Assembly: GCA_013115125.1 (NCBI GenBank)
Contig: JABANN010000037.1
Span: 1 to 64,000 of the forward strand
Reading direction: 5' to 3'
Length of the DNA: 64,000 nt
From: Perkinsus olseni
Taxonomy: Eukaryota
The notes beneath the pieces were generated by a model. The model ran no database searches. It was not told where the DNA came from and saw nothing but the letters and a program-made list of their open reading frames with translations. A program made the translations under genes and the position numbers. This document shows, piece after piece, positions 49,472 through 61,585 of this stretch (position 1 is its first letter; each line of letters starts with the position of its first letter).

Positions 49472-50213
49472 GCCTCTACACTTACTCTTGTCCGGTGGAG
49501 CTCTTGGTCAGGTATCATGTTATAGATGGCCTCTCCTGGATGGACCGGACCACTGCTAAAAGAAAGGAGGTTATCGACCGTTACACGGCTGAAGCTGAGC
49601 GCCCGCATGTGAGCTTTCTGTGGCAGCACTAAGTGGCTGTGGGAGTGCCTGCCAGGTTCTATGTGACACCAAAGGCCTGTGGGTTAGACGGCTACATCGT
49701 CGTAAGAAGGATAAGAAGCGTCCTGTGGTACGGTACCTCCGCTCGACCGATTGGCGATAGTATTGCTCGGGTCATGCTGTTGATGATGTCCACCCTTGGT
49801 GGTGTTGTTTCTTGTGTGTTTCACGTCATAGCCCTCTGCTGTTGTATTTGTAGTAATTTAGGGCGAGCGCGAAGTACTCGGCGCAATTGAAAAAGCGCGC
49901 GCCCTGGCTTCTGTTGAGCTTGTAACGAATGTGATCTGTGCCACGTGGGTAGCGCAGCAGAGCACTTGTTCGGGAGAGGCGAGAACGGAGGCATTAGTGC
50001 TGGCGTTGGGTGAATGAGCGCTCACGACGGGAGACTTTCGGGGTGGCTACGCTTGTAACCACACCGCTGCTGCTGTCTATCAAACGGGCCGTAACGTTGG
50101 GTGAGCTAAGGGACTTGTTTGCCCGATGTGCCGTTCCAATCGAAGCACTGCAAACCACTACTAAGGCTGTACACAGATCTTTCGTCTTCACAGCTTAGTC
50201 GTGCTGGTCGTCC

Positions 50214-53200
50214 ATGGCCGCCCTTAAACCTCGCCGGCCCGCATCAGCTGAGGCACCGCCTTCTGACGACTCCGCGAAGGGAGTAGGCGGCAATACCCTC
50301 GCGGCCAACCTAGCTGAGGTGACCATCCTTCACAGTCATCTCCCCCAACTGCTGCCTTGACTTCAGTCGGAGATATCCTACACCCTGTCTCTGCTCATCA
50401 TGTCTCTGTGCGAGATAGAAACCGTTAGGCCCGGGGACATCTTCCATTGGGCGTGCTCGGAGTCACCCCTATGCGGACGCCAGCACCTCGTTAAGCAGTA
50501 TATGCGCCTGATGGTAGTCGACTTGGAGAAGGAAGGTAATTGTTGCGTACCCTTGATCGATTCTGATGAGGAAATGTTCAGGTATGCCTGAGGCGGCCGC
50601 GGACTTTGAGTTTTTGGATGAGCTCTATGCTAAGTGTTTTAAGTTTGGCGGCTGCGTGGACTGCGCGGCCGTTTACACTGTCCTGCGCAGTAACGTGCTG
50701 TCGGAGATGGAGGCACTGTAAGGGGTAAAGTGGCACCCGTAGGCCTCCGGAATGGTCCCTGTTCTCAGTCCTGACGCTCGGAGTATACTGGCCGAGCACG
50801 ACAATCGTCGCATCAGTGACTGCTTCACCTCCAAGAATGAGAGCGCTCGTGCAGCAGCTCTCGCGGAATGTCTGGTGGACAAGTCCTGCAAGCCGTCCCG
50901 GGGTCTGTTCGACTCCCAGCCCATCGTCGAGTCCCTCAGAGCGGCCATGCACCAGAGGGACATGCTCAAGATGGCAGCAAGGATCCTCAATCAGCCGGGT
51001 ATGGTGCGGAAGCACATGCACTCGCAGCTGTGGGGGCTGATAAAAAGGAAGGAGGCCCAGTGGGCGACGGAGCTGGTGGAATGTGCGCTGTTTGAACTGC
51101 GCGGAGTGGCACTGTGCCGAGAAGTCTGGGGCCCTTGGGAGAATTGGCTCATCAACGCAACCCCGCCATCAGCATCAGAGGACGACCCTCTTCAAAGGCT
51201 CAAGCTGCAGCTGGCCATCACCTGCCTCTTGTCACCACAAGGAGAAGGCTTCGTGGGCGAGAAGGTGTGGGCTGACGTCGCTGCCAACCCTATGCACGCG
51301 GCCACTTTACTCGCAGTGGTCTGTCAGAAGCCGGACTGCGTCAGGCCGGACGGTCTGCCGATCCGCATCCTGTTCACCTCTGGGGCGGAGTCAGGGGCCC
51401 TCTGGCCGGTCTGGTTCTTCCTCATCCAGTTCCCTTACATGAGGGACGAGATGGGCGCGGTGCTGCTGTCTATTCTGGAGGAAGACACCCATTCCGGCCA
51501 GCGTCTACCTCTACTTACCGTCGTCCACCGGCTGTTGGCGGAAGACAAACCCCGTGGGGACGCAATGGCTCAGGGCGTGGCGGACTTCGTGGCGCAGAAT
51601 AAGGCTGATAAGCTCTCGGTGGAGGCGATGAAGTGGCTGTTGAACGTTTCCCCTTCTTGCCTACGCTACCATCTAAGGGTGGTCCGGCATGCCTTCCAGG
51701 GCCTTGCCCAGGGCATCATCCAGCAGCTCAAACGTGTGTCCCCGATGACGCAATTGCAGTGGTCGTGGATGTCGTGCATGGCCCACACTCTGCGCCGTAT
51801 GCCCGGCGCTGGCACTCCTAGCAGTGGTGGCGTGGACTGCTCTCTGCTGTTGGCGTCAATACGCTCCATGATGGACTCGGGGGGCTTGGGAGGCCTGGAC
51901 GAGCACGTGTCTCGGCTGCTGGACTCGACCTGTGAGTGCTTGGAAGTGGCGGCTGCCGGTGGGTCCCTGCAGGATGAGCAGCGGCAGGATCGACCTCGAG
52001 GAGAGGAGACCACCGATACAGGCTCCCCGAGCAGCTCGGACTTGGAGCTGGAGGAGGGGGACAACCCAATGGCAGGTTATAAAGGGGAGATGAGGCGTGG
52101 TGGTGGCGGAAGCATGATGCTCAAGCCTAGCATGCTAGCGTCTAAGGGGGGTATGGCCAACGCCGCTGTCCGTCGAGAGGAAGGCCAAGGAGCTCCTGAT
52201 AGTAGCAAGGCGGTAGAGGCCCCTTTAGATGCCCTCTATAAGCTAGTGCTCAGTCAGCAGCCCTTTGGCCAGCTACAGGGGTCAGCGGAAGGTACGATTG
52301 ATGGGATGAGTGGTACGACTGGGAGTAAGGTATTTGCCTCTCCCAAAGCGTATAGAGAGGCCTTTAAGCGGCCGATGTGGCTGGAGTGCCAGGAAGGTCT
52401 GCGGCAATCTCTCACTACTCCTGGGTCGAGCACTATGATCCACGTCACTGTGCTGAGGTCTGGTAGGAGGGGGAAGGAGTGGTATGAATTAGTCATCAAG
52501 CCCGCTGACTTTGACACAGAGACTGTCTCCCAAGGCGATGTCCTCCTCCTGTGCAGCGCGGACAGCCCTCTCCTCTCTGAACTCTGTAAGGGAGTACCTG
52601 TTAACGAGTGTATGAGCATGGCAGCAGCCAGCCAGAATGGCATCATCATGGGCATCTGCGAGGGCACTAAGGATGCCGTCAATTATTCTGGCTCGAAGGC
52701 GGATAAGGGGAAAGTGGTGGTACGGTGTATGCCTGTGGGGCCGACCTGCCCTCTGGGGCTCTCACCCCAGGAGAGCATTCAGGGTCGGGAGAGCGTTGCT
52801 GTGGTTGTTCACAGTATACTGGCTGTCAGCAGGGAATGGGAGGCGCTATGGAGCATCGATTCGGCCCGGAAACTGCTGCCGATCGTGTTGAACCCGGCCA
52901 AGGCGGCAGCTGCTGAGGCGAAGGGAGGTGGTGATGGTGACTACCCTCTCCCAGTATCAGGGTCGTATTCACTTAACGACGGCCAGAATAAGGCTCTAGC
53001 GTATGCTTGTGATGCCTCCAAACGAGCGGTGCTGCTCCAGGGTCCACCGGGTACCGGTAAAACGAGGGTGGTAGTGGCTATACTGCAGGAGCTTCTCAGG
53101 CGACAGACCCGGCGGAAATTTCCGATTTTGGTGAGCGCCCCTTCGAATGCTGCTGTTGATGAGATCGCTGCGAGGCTCTTGGCGGCCACCACTGGACAGA

Positions 53201-54537
53201 ATTACAAGTTCATTCGGATCGGCAACAGCAGCAGGGTGACGCATGAGGCTGTCAAGGGGATATGTCTTGACTCGATGGTGTCTGAAGCCTTTAAGCAGCA
53301 GGAGACCATGCGCTACGACGACTATATCAAATCACGGGACGATCGATACGCGGCGATTAAGGCATTGGACGCTCAGATAGAGGAAGCCGCGGACCAGAAA
53401 GCAGTGGTGGATGGTTTGAGGTCGAAGAGGAGGGGGCTGGTTGAGGCGCTGCACAAGGCACGCGATATGTATAAGAGTACGATGAGGCAGGGCCGCGATG
53501 CGATACAGTCGAGATACCTCAGGGGGGCTGATGCCCTCTTTGGGACACTTAACAGTTATGGCAGCGCCTCCGTGACGAGGAACCTCCCTGTGGGCCGGGC
53601 TGAGGTGTGCCTGATTGATGAGGCGGCGCAGGCTCATGAAGTAGCCAGTCTTATACCACTCCGGCTCGATCCCCAGCGGCTCATTTTGGTGGGTGACCCC
53701 CAGCAGCTGCCGGCCACGGTGCTGTCCATGCGGGCTTCGATGGAGTACAATTTGGAAAGGAGTCTCTTCCAGAAGCTGCAGGAGGCGTCCTGGCCCCATC
53801 ACGTCATGCTCACGACGCAGTACCGTATGCACCCCGCCATAGCTGCGTTCCCGTCCAAGCACTTCTACCACGGAGCTTTGGTCCCCTCAAACAGCGTCCT
53901 CGCCAGGCCGGCCTTCGCTCCTCACATGCCTGGACCGATGACGTTCTTCGACTTGCCCGACTCGGATGAGGTTCGTCAGGGAGTTGGGAGAAGTAATCCT
54001 GCAGAGGCTCTCTTCATTGGCCGTCTGTTGCAGGAGCTGATGTCGGCCCTAGGGGACAAGGCCAAGACCTTGCTACCGGACGGCCTGGGCGTCATTTCAC
54101 CGTACAAGCAGCAGGTGTCTCTTCTGAAGCGCAACCTCACCTACGGGTCTCTGAGCGATGACTGGCTGGAAGTGGGCACGGTTGACTCATTCCAAGGTCG
54201 AGAGAAGGACGTCATCGTGGTCTCTACAGTGCGCAGTAGCGCCAGCAGCGGCATCGGCTTCGTGGCCGACATGCGTCGGTTGAATGTGAGCATTACTCGA
54301 GCAAAGCGAGCCCTGTGGATCGTTGGGGACTCTGCACGCCTGAGCAGCGGTTCTACTGAGTGGCGGGACTTAGTTCAGCACTGTCAACACACCAACGTTA
54401 TGCTCGACGCGTCGCGGCTGTCGCCGATACACTTACGAACTCTCATGAGAGAGCCCATCCCCGGGGCATCCCCCACCGCTGTGCTCACCCAGGCGCCACC
54501 TAAGAGGCCTCGGAAGCAGCATCAGCAATACTACTGA
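50214..54537 (+). CDS. Sen1/senataxin-like Upf1-family (SF1B) helicase
   Basis: LLQGPPGTGKT, SAPSNAAVDE, IDEAAQ, LVGDPQQLPATV, RSLFQKL, QYRMHP, GVISPYKQQ, TVDSFQGREKD and IGFVADMRRLNVSITRAK lie in a 3.8-kb terminal exon. Short upstream exons start at ATG 50214. Confidence 0.88.
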
Positions 54538-54826
54538 CATAATAACAGCAATCATCATCATCATTGCCTCCCGTTTGTGTATCATTATTGCGAGATTGAC
54601 TATCCAGTGTTTCTGCTGCCTGTTGTAGTCCTCGTGTTGTGAGTTGGGAGCTGAGAGACATCACCGTATCTCTGGGGTGCCGAGGGAACGAGAGCTTCTT
54701 CGTCTTCATCTACGTGAGGTTCATGTATGGCCAAAAGCTAGAATCATGAGCTCTGACCACGTACTGAGCTTCAGACTAGTACTGGTAGTTCTCCTCGAGT
54801 CAGCCGTCCAGAGTTAAGAGCGTTCG

Positions 54827-56230
54827 ATGTCGGTGTTGCCGCCGCCCCTTCAAGTTGTGATATCTTTGAGGGGCTCAAGCGATTGTCGGTGATGAGGACC
54901 TCACCGAGCAGTTCTCTTGAATGGCTTTTTCCTGCAGTCCATCCCGCCAATGCAGACGGCTGTTGTCCACAGGAGCTACGAGGGGGAATCCCCTAATGGG
55001 TTCGCCGTTCGGGTCCACCTGTTTGCAGCCACTTCAGACAGCCCCCATACTTAGCCAGGACGCTGATGAGCTGCATCAAAAGTACGCCGACTTGCTACTC
55101 GGACCAGAGCTGGCCGTCCCCGGAGTTGGACCCGACACGTTCGTGACAATCGGGAGGAACAAGTGTGATCTGATAAAAAGTATCTTCCCCACGGGATGGA
55201 GGTTTGGAGTGGCGAAGGTGGGCGAAGGACCCTTTCAATATCCGCACGACGTGGCCGATGAAGAGCGGGCGTTCGCCTTTGCCAGAGAGGCGATTATGAA
55301 GAGCCGGCCGGGCGTGCTGGTTTTGGGACCGCTATCGGAGCGGGGAGACGTCCTCGCCAATTGTGAGTACTCTCACTTTGTTGAGATGCTCATCTCTTGT
55401 GCGAGGGAGGTCAGACCCGGGGCTAAGGTTGTCTGGGATGAAACTTTGGTAAGACCTCCCTCGTTTTTAAAACCAGGTTCGCGGTAGTGGACTGGGCTTC
55501 GATAAAGGTGTATTCTCCAAGGGTGTCGGGGACTTCGTGTCTTCTTATTTGGGTCGCGATGGTTCCCCTGTGCAATGCGCTCTACTTCAGGGAGGTTTTG
55601 GCCGCGTCGCCGGGGCACGGCCGCAGTTATGGTCGACCGACTTCTTCCTCAAGACAGTCACCTGTGATGCCACACTGATCTCCTCCATCTATGGTCTCGA
55701 TGCCGGCTTGGTAGCGGCCTTGGTAGACCAGGAGAGTGACAGTGAGGAGGCATTGCCCGACGAGGCATTGCCATCGATCGCGGCTTTGAACCGAGAAGTG
55801 AGAGGAGCGCCTTCCCATAGCCAGCCAGTCGCGGTTCCGCAGGTAAACGGGCTGAAAGGACTGATAGAGAGCAACCTTGGTCTCCCAACAGCCTCGGCAT
55901 ACATCGGCGGTTATATCTACAACAGGCTGTGGAATGAGCTCCTCGGCCGATCTCGAGTAGTGGTGGATGTCCATCACCGCGGCTGTTGGATCGCCATAGA
56001 GGTAAGACACCCTCCGCCGCCCCTCTCACCGCTCGCGTCCTTCCTATCAGGTCCTGCACGATGAGATGAGCTCAGACAAGCTGCCGAAATGTTCGAGGCT
56101 GGTCTCTCGAGCGGACCATGACGTCGTTCTCGTATGCCCACCCTTCGCGTACGAGGATCCTCAGCAAGCCTTGCCTCATGCTGATGAGCTAATCCAGTGC
56201 ATGCTAGACCTGTTTCTCCTCAGAGACTGA
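54827..56230 (+). CDS. Divergent class-III aminotransferase-fold protein lacking the PLP-binding lysine
   Basis: VVWDETL|GGFGRVAG...DATLISS, then VVVDVHHRGCWIAIE and DVVLVCPPF, in the order expected for OAT/GABA-T-like enzymes. Confidence 0.65.
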
Positions 56231-56587
56231 TACTCGTTTCTGCTACCTGGGTTCGTTTCGTTTCTATCAATCGCCCAGGTTGTTCTGTATATCAGCCTCA
56301 AAGTGGGCGGGATCGCAGGCCGTGATAATAGCTTGGGTAAGTTCTCGATAGATGGAACGGACATAATGGCCGTTCGGAGAAGCGTCCAGACGGTCCTCAC
56401 GGGGCGGTCTGGACCGGGCCTGGTGAGGCGTGGTGTCGAGGAGAGTTGCGGTGCGAGGTGGAACTCTGTCCGCCACTGAAGTCTCGGAATAGTTCTGAAT
56501 AAATCGCTTGTCGTGGAACCGCTATGACGGCCGCGGCTCCGAGACACGTTCGGTTATGACAGTAGTTTTTGAGGTCCCTTTCTTACT

Positions 56588-58771
56588 ATGACCACCATCA
56601 CCGTGACCGAAGGGGACAGAGATATAGAGTAGCTGACGACGACCTTTGCCGTGGTGCTACCTCTCTCGTGAGCAGGTACATCCTCATCGGCACACGACCC
56701 GCGGCCTCGGAAAGCCGGCCGAGCTGCCTTAGCCTTGACATTGCCGATGACAGTCCGGGCCAACTGGTGGAGATCGGCTCAGATGGCTTGACAGCGACCT
56801 ACATCGGCCGGTATCATCACGCACGATGAAATCTTATACCGTCACTCTCTCTATTCTGTCAGGGCTTCTCATGCTGATGTTGCCGCCGTCCAGGCCGACC
56901 ATCCAGTGCCCCTCAGGGACTCCGCTTTCTACTTCGAGATGACCGTCCTCGACACTGGCACGGTCGGTGCCATCACCATCGGTTTGACCACTTCTGGCTT
57001 TCTGCTCAACCGCCAGCCTGGATGGGAGATCCAGTACGTCGGGAACCTAAATGTTTTGTCGTGCTCGCCATTGTCCTCAGCTCCTTCGGCTACCGGGGTG
57101 ATGACGGCCGACGGTACTCCAACAGCACGAGTGGCGAGAGTTTCGGTCCGACCTTCTCAAATGGAGACACAGTCGGGTGCCTCGTCGACTACGCTCTCGG
57201 GGTTATCCGATACACCAAGTGAGCTCATGCACGAAGGCCTCTCTGGTCATGGGGGCTTCGGCTCAGGAATGGCAAGCTCCTCGCTCCGGTGGGGGGCAGG
57301 GTGCCTCGGACATCACCTCCGTTGAGGTTTTACCCCACGATCAGTCTGCACTCTCCGGGCGCCAAAGTGATGCTCAACTTCGGTGAGGATCTCTCCGTGG
57401 CTGGCTTCCGCGAGATCACGTTTCAGGGAAGAAGCCTTTTGTTTTCGACTTGCACCGGTTCGAAGCGGAAACCCTGGAGAGGCAACGCAGTGCTGTGGAA
57501 TCATACTCGGACGAAGTCACGAGACCGCTGACCGAGAAGCTCACTCAGTGTGACAGCATGATACGGGCATTTCTGTTGGCGCGGGGTTACCATAGGACGC
57601 TGGAAAGGTAAATCGTCGGCAACCGTCGACGCCTAGCGAGGCAGGCCTCCTCAGATTCGACAGAGAGACTGGAACTCCCCAGACGCGTTCACCGCGAGTA
57701 GGCGACTCGAGCCGAAGCGTTTCATCGCCGTTGCCGAAAGGGCAGTCCAACGGTCACGATCCAGTGGCAGCCAACGGTAAGTTGCTCCGCTGTTATTCCG
57801 CTGTATGACGGAGCTGGTCCTGTAGGCTCTACTGGTCACTTGTTGTCACAGCTCGCATGGTCTCGTGAACGGGAGATCGAGATGGCCCGCCACGTGGAAG
57901 ACAGATCAAGTAGCTGATTGGGCGTTTGTCTTGCTCTCGAATGGACTCACCATTGGTTCTTTCGCAGAGGTGAGAGAAGCGATCATGCAAGGCGACATCT
58001 CGTCGGCGCTGAGAATGATAGAGGAGAGGGCACCGGAGTATCCAGCCGTAAGCTCCCTTCATGCCAAGTTCCTCAGCGAATAGTCACTGCTTAGCATGAC
58101 CCGCCTCTCCTCGGTTACGTGCTGCTTCTAACGCAATGCTTCATAGAGATGATGAACGGGCGAGAGCTCAACGTTGGAGAGGTACAGAAAGCCTCGTATG
58201 GCCATCAATACTTTCACTGATTGAACATCAGGCGTTGGCATGGATGCACAAGAACCTCGTGCCCGTCCGGAAGCGCATACTGAGCTGCAGCAATGGTCCT
58301 GATTCGACCAAGAGCCTCGCCGTTCTTCGGGAGGTTTCTTCCCTGCTTGCTTACAGGAACATCGCTGAGGTGAGCGGCCGAGTTGAGATCGTTACTTTCC
58401 TGACGAGAGAGCCAGTCTAGTCCCCGCTCTTCAGAGTCCTCTCCGTGGTCTGCTCCACCCATCGCGAAGGAGGCTGGTGGCCGACCTTGTGAATGACGAC
58501 CTCATCCGAGTCATGAGCTCACCCAGTCCAGTGGCATCGACACGATTCGCAGGCTGGTCGCCCGTTCATGTCGCACTCAGGCAGCTGATCGCAACCAAAC
58601 AGGTCGGTCCGCTTGTTGTTTGTACGATCGACTTTTCCTGTCATAAAGGTCTTGCATGCTCATCATATGGGTGGTACCGGCCCCGTTCCCGACTCGCGTC
58701 TTCTCTGTCATGGTATTCACAAAGCTACCAAATGGGTGGAAGTTGCCAACCGGAAGGTGAAAAACGATTGA
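56588..58771 (+). CDS. RanBP9/10-like SPRY(-LisH-CTLH-CRA) protein, GID/CTLH complex, multi-exon
   Basis: FYFEMTVLDTG...IGL...RQPGWE..SFGYRGDDG...FGPTFSNGDTVGC, FYPTISLHSPG..VMLNFG, IRAFLLARGYHRT (LisH-like), VREAIMQGDISSAL (CTLH-like), SLLAY and VADLVN (CRA-like). Confidence 0.85.
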
Positions 58772-59445
58772 CGTTTATTAGAAATTAATTGTAACTTTCT
58801 CAAAGCTCGAAAGTTATTGAGTTCAAGGGGTAAGTTGACGGACGAGGAATGCTCTAAACACATACACAACTCCGTCGGTCTCAGCTAGCCGCAAGTGTCA
58901 GTCCATTGCATGACTCGTGTGCGCGGTCTGATTTTGGGTTACAAGCAAGCTGTGTGTGTGAGTTTAGAGGCCAACGCCGAGAGAACGGTCTAGCACCGAC
59001 GTACCTTACAGGGGGACTAGTTCAGCCTGTTAAACAGGCTCTGTTCATCAAGCCAAAGAACGTTGCTCTGAGAGCGAGGTCATCGTCAGCTGGAGAACGT
59101 AAGCTGTGACACTCAGACCAGTTGCTATTGCAAGTCTGCCTCCACGCCGAGTTTTTCAGCTTTCGCAGCAGAACATAACTTCTCCACCATTGGTCATTGG
59201 TCAACGAGGAACATCAAATCTTTCATGCGACGCGATTAATTGTCAGCTCAAATTTGCTCGATAGCCTGGTTTTCTCCTCACTACCTTCCGTCGGACCACG
59301 GAAAACCAGCATTCATTTCAGTTCGTTCCTACACGCAACTTGGGAAACGCAAAGCAATGCATAGAGAGACTCACCCATTCCTAACATTCTACTGACAGGT
59401 ACTGATAATAAAAATTAGCAACAAATCCCAGCAAGTAACAATACG

Positions 59446-61077
59446 TTACATCTTAGACTTCCCGAACTGTCTCTCAGTCGACTCAGAACCCTGGCTTGCA
59501 GTCGACGTAGAACCACCAGTAGCAAGACCAACCATAGCATCCATGAAGTCAGCGCCACTCCATCTCTGATGCGTTAACAGCTCTACCTTATTAACACGCT
59601 CGGCCCTCTGTACGTCTCTAACGTAGGCCAGCATGTTCTCCTTGGCGTAGTTCTTGGCGAAGACGTCGCTGTGCAGACCAGAAAGGTGAAAGCCTGCCAG
59701 GGTGATGAACTGCCATACGTAACCCAGCTTGCCAATGTCCTTCTGGAAGGAGGCTATCTGGGAGTCGGTCATACCAGCAGCGTCCCAGTTGAAACTGGGA
59801 GACAGATTGTAGCCGAGGAGAATCTTATCGCCATGAACTTTCTTAACAGCGCTGGCGAAGTCAACACATTGGGTGTACACAGGCTTCTTAGATTCCATCC
59901 ACAGCATATCACAGTAGGGGGCGAATGCGATGCCACGGCTGATGCACATACGAGTGCCGCACTTGATGCGATAATAGCCTTCCCTAGTGCGAGGGAGATC
60001 CCAAGACCAGAAGGGGACGGCACCGAGCAGCCTCTGGGCCTCGGCACGCATGTCATCGATGCCCATGAACATACTCTTCTCCTCCCACTCAGCCACAGAC
60101 TTGCCCATGGCCTTCAGCTTGCTAGAGACGAGGTCGGGGAATGTGGTCAGCTGGGCGTTCATGACCCAGTCAGTCTCCATCTTGGCGATCTCTTCAGGAG
60201 AAGCTCCACGATGGACAGCAGCGTCTACCATACTCTGTAGAGAGTCCTTGACGTTGGGGTTAGACGCACCAACGATGAAGCTGTGATCTCTCGGGTCGAT
60301 ATTGGTATCTAACAAGGTCGCAGCCTCGGCATCGGTACGAGCCACAATAATGGTCTCAACGCCAAGGACGTCGGTCATCAACCTGGCGGCCACCAAGCGG
60401 TCGATGTGCTCTCTCGTAGAGACAAGCACCTTACCGCCCATGTGACCACACTTCTTGGTGCCAGGCTTCTGGTCCTCGAGATGGACACCAGCTGCACCAC
60501 GCTCCACCATCATCTTCATGAGCCTCATCACCGCAGTCAGACCACCGTGACCAGTATCACCATCAGCAATGATGGGAGCAAAATGATCTACGCCAGGGTT
60601 AGCCTGTCGCTCAGCCTCGGTCATACCGAACCTCTCCTGGTGTTGCTTCTGATCGTGAAAGACTTGGGCACGGAAGAGTTGGTCGACCTTGTTGGGGACC
60701 GTGTTGGACGGGTAGTCGGCGAAGTCAGGACCGGGCTCGTTAGAAGTAGAGGCCGTCGAGGAGCTTTGCCATCCCGACACGTAGATCGTCTTGAGATACT
60801 TGGCCATCTGGGTCACTTGAACAGGGTCCAAGGCACCAAAGGTAGGGAGGAAACCACCAGTACGTTGAGCATCCTTGAAGGCAGCCCAAAGCTTCTTGCT
60901 CATGGCGTCAGCGGCGTACTTGGTACGGCCAGCCTTCTGGCCACGCAGGCGAGCAACATCCTCAGCAGAGTAAAGACGACGCTTGCCAGACCAACGCTCG
61001 GACTGCCACCATTGCTTGATCTCTGCCACGTCGGCGGCGAACTCAGCAGACTCAGCAGATGCGGGGATGCGAGACAT
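59446..61077 (-). CDS. ICL: Isocitrate lyase (long eukaryotic type), intronless, C-terminal SKM
   Basis: 543-aa ORF with [18 protein letters not shown], the catalytic signature [21 protein letters not shown] and [10 protein letters not shown]. Confidence 0.97.
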   Translation of the reverse strand: MSRIPASAESAEFAADVAEIKQWWQSERWSGKRRLYSAEDVARLRGQKAGRTKYAADAMSKKLWAAFKDAQRTGGFLPTFGALDPVQVTQMAKYLKTIYVSGWQSSSTASTSNEPGPDFADYPSNTVPNKVDQLFRAQVFHDQKQHQERFGMTEAERQANPGVDHFAPIIADGDTGHGGLTAVMRLMKMMVERGAAGVHLEDQKPGTKKCGHMGGKVLVSTREHIDRLVAARLMTDVLGVETIIVARTDAEAATLLDTNIDPRDHSFIVGASNPNVKDSLQSMVDAAVHRGASPEEIAKMETDWVMNAQLTTFPDLVSSKLKAMGKSVAEWEEKSMFMGIDDMRAEAQRLLGAVPFWSWDLPRTREGYYRIKCGTRMCISRGIAFAPYCDMLWMESKKPVYTQCVDFASAVKKVHGDKILLGYNLSPSFNWDAAGMTDSQIASFQKDIGKLGYVWQFITLAGFHLSGLHSDVFAKNYAKENMLAYVRDVQRAERVNKVELLTHQRWSGADFMDAMVGLATGGSTSTASQGSESTERQFGKSKM

Positions 61078-61585
61078 TTCACTCGAAGGGTTGATAATCC
61101 CTGAAGAGACTTTATAGAAATCGGTAGTTCACATCGAACAACCTCGGAATCTTGCGCTCGCCCTGATCGATAACGCATTCTAGCACGCACACGCAAAAGT
61201 GCACTGCTAGCGCGCCGCGATCATCATCAAAGCACAAGACTTGCGCTCAAAACACATTAAAGGAAGTTGAGAGATGAGACGGACATGTTCATGGTGCAGG
61301 ATATCATGTATTTCGAACAGGAACGATCTGAAACGTCCTAAGAGGGCAGTTACTCACCGATGTCACTGGCGTGTCCCACGCGTTGACCGAAGTGAGTAAG
61401 AAGTTGTGTCCCAGTAAAGGGCTACACGGTGGGAGCCACGCAAATGACATTTGTCAGGGGTGGGGTCAGCTCGATCATCAGTCATTCGAGTAGCAATTAT
61501 GGGCTTAACGTCCACTGACAAACTCAGAACGCTTCGGGCAGAGAAAACATAACACATGGCCGACATGGAAAGGTACGGCCGGAGG

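Noticed and set aside
59671..61104. Long plus-strand ORFs (189 and 232 aa)
   Set aside because: Antisense shadows of isocitrate lyase with no independent motifs.
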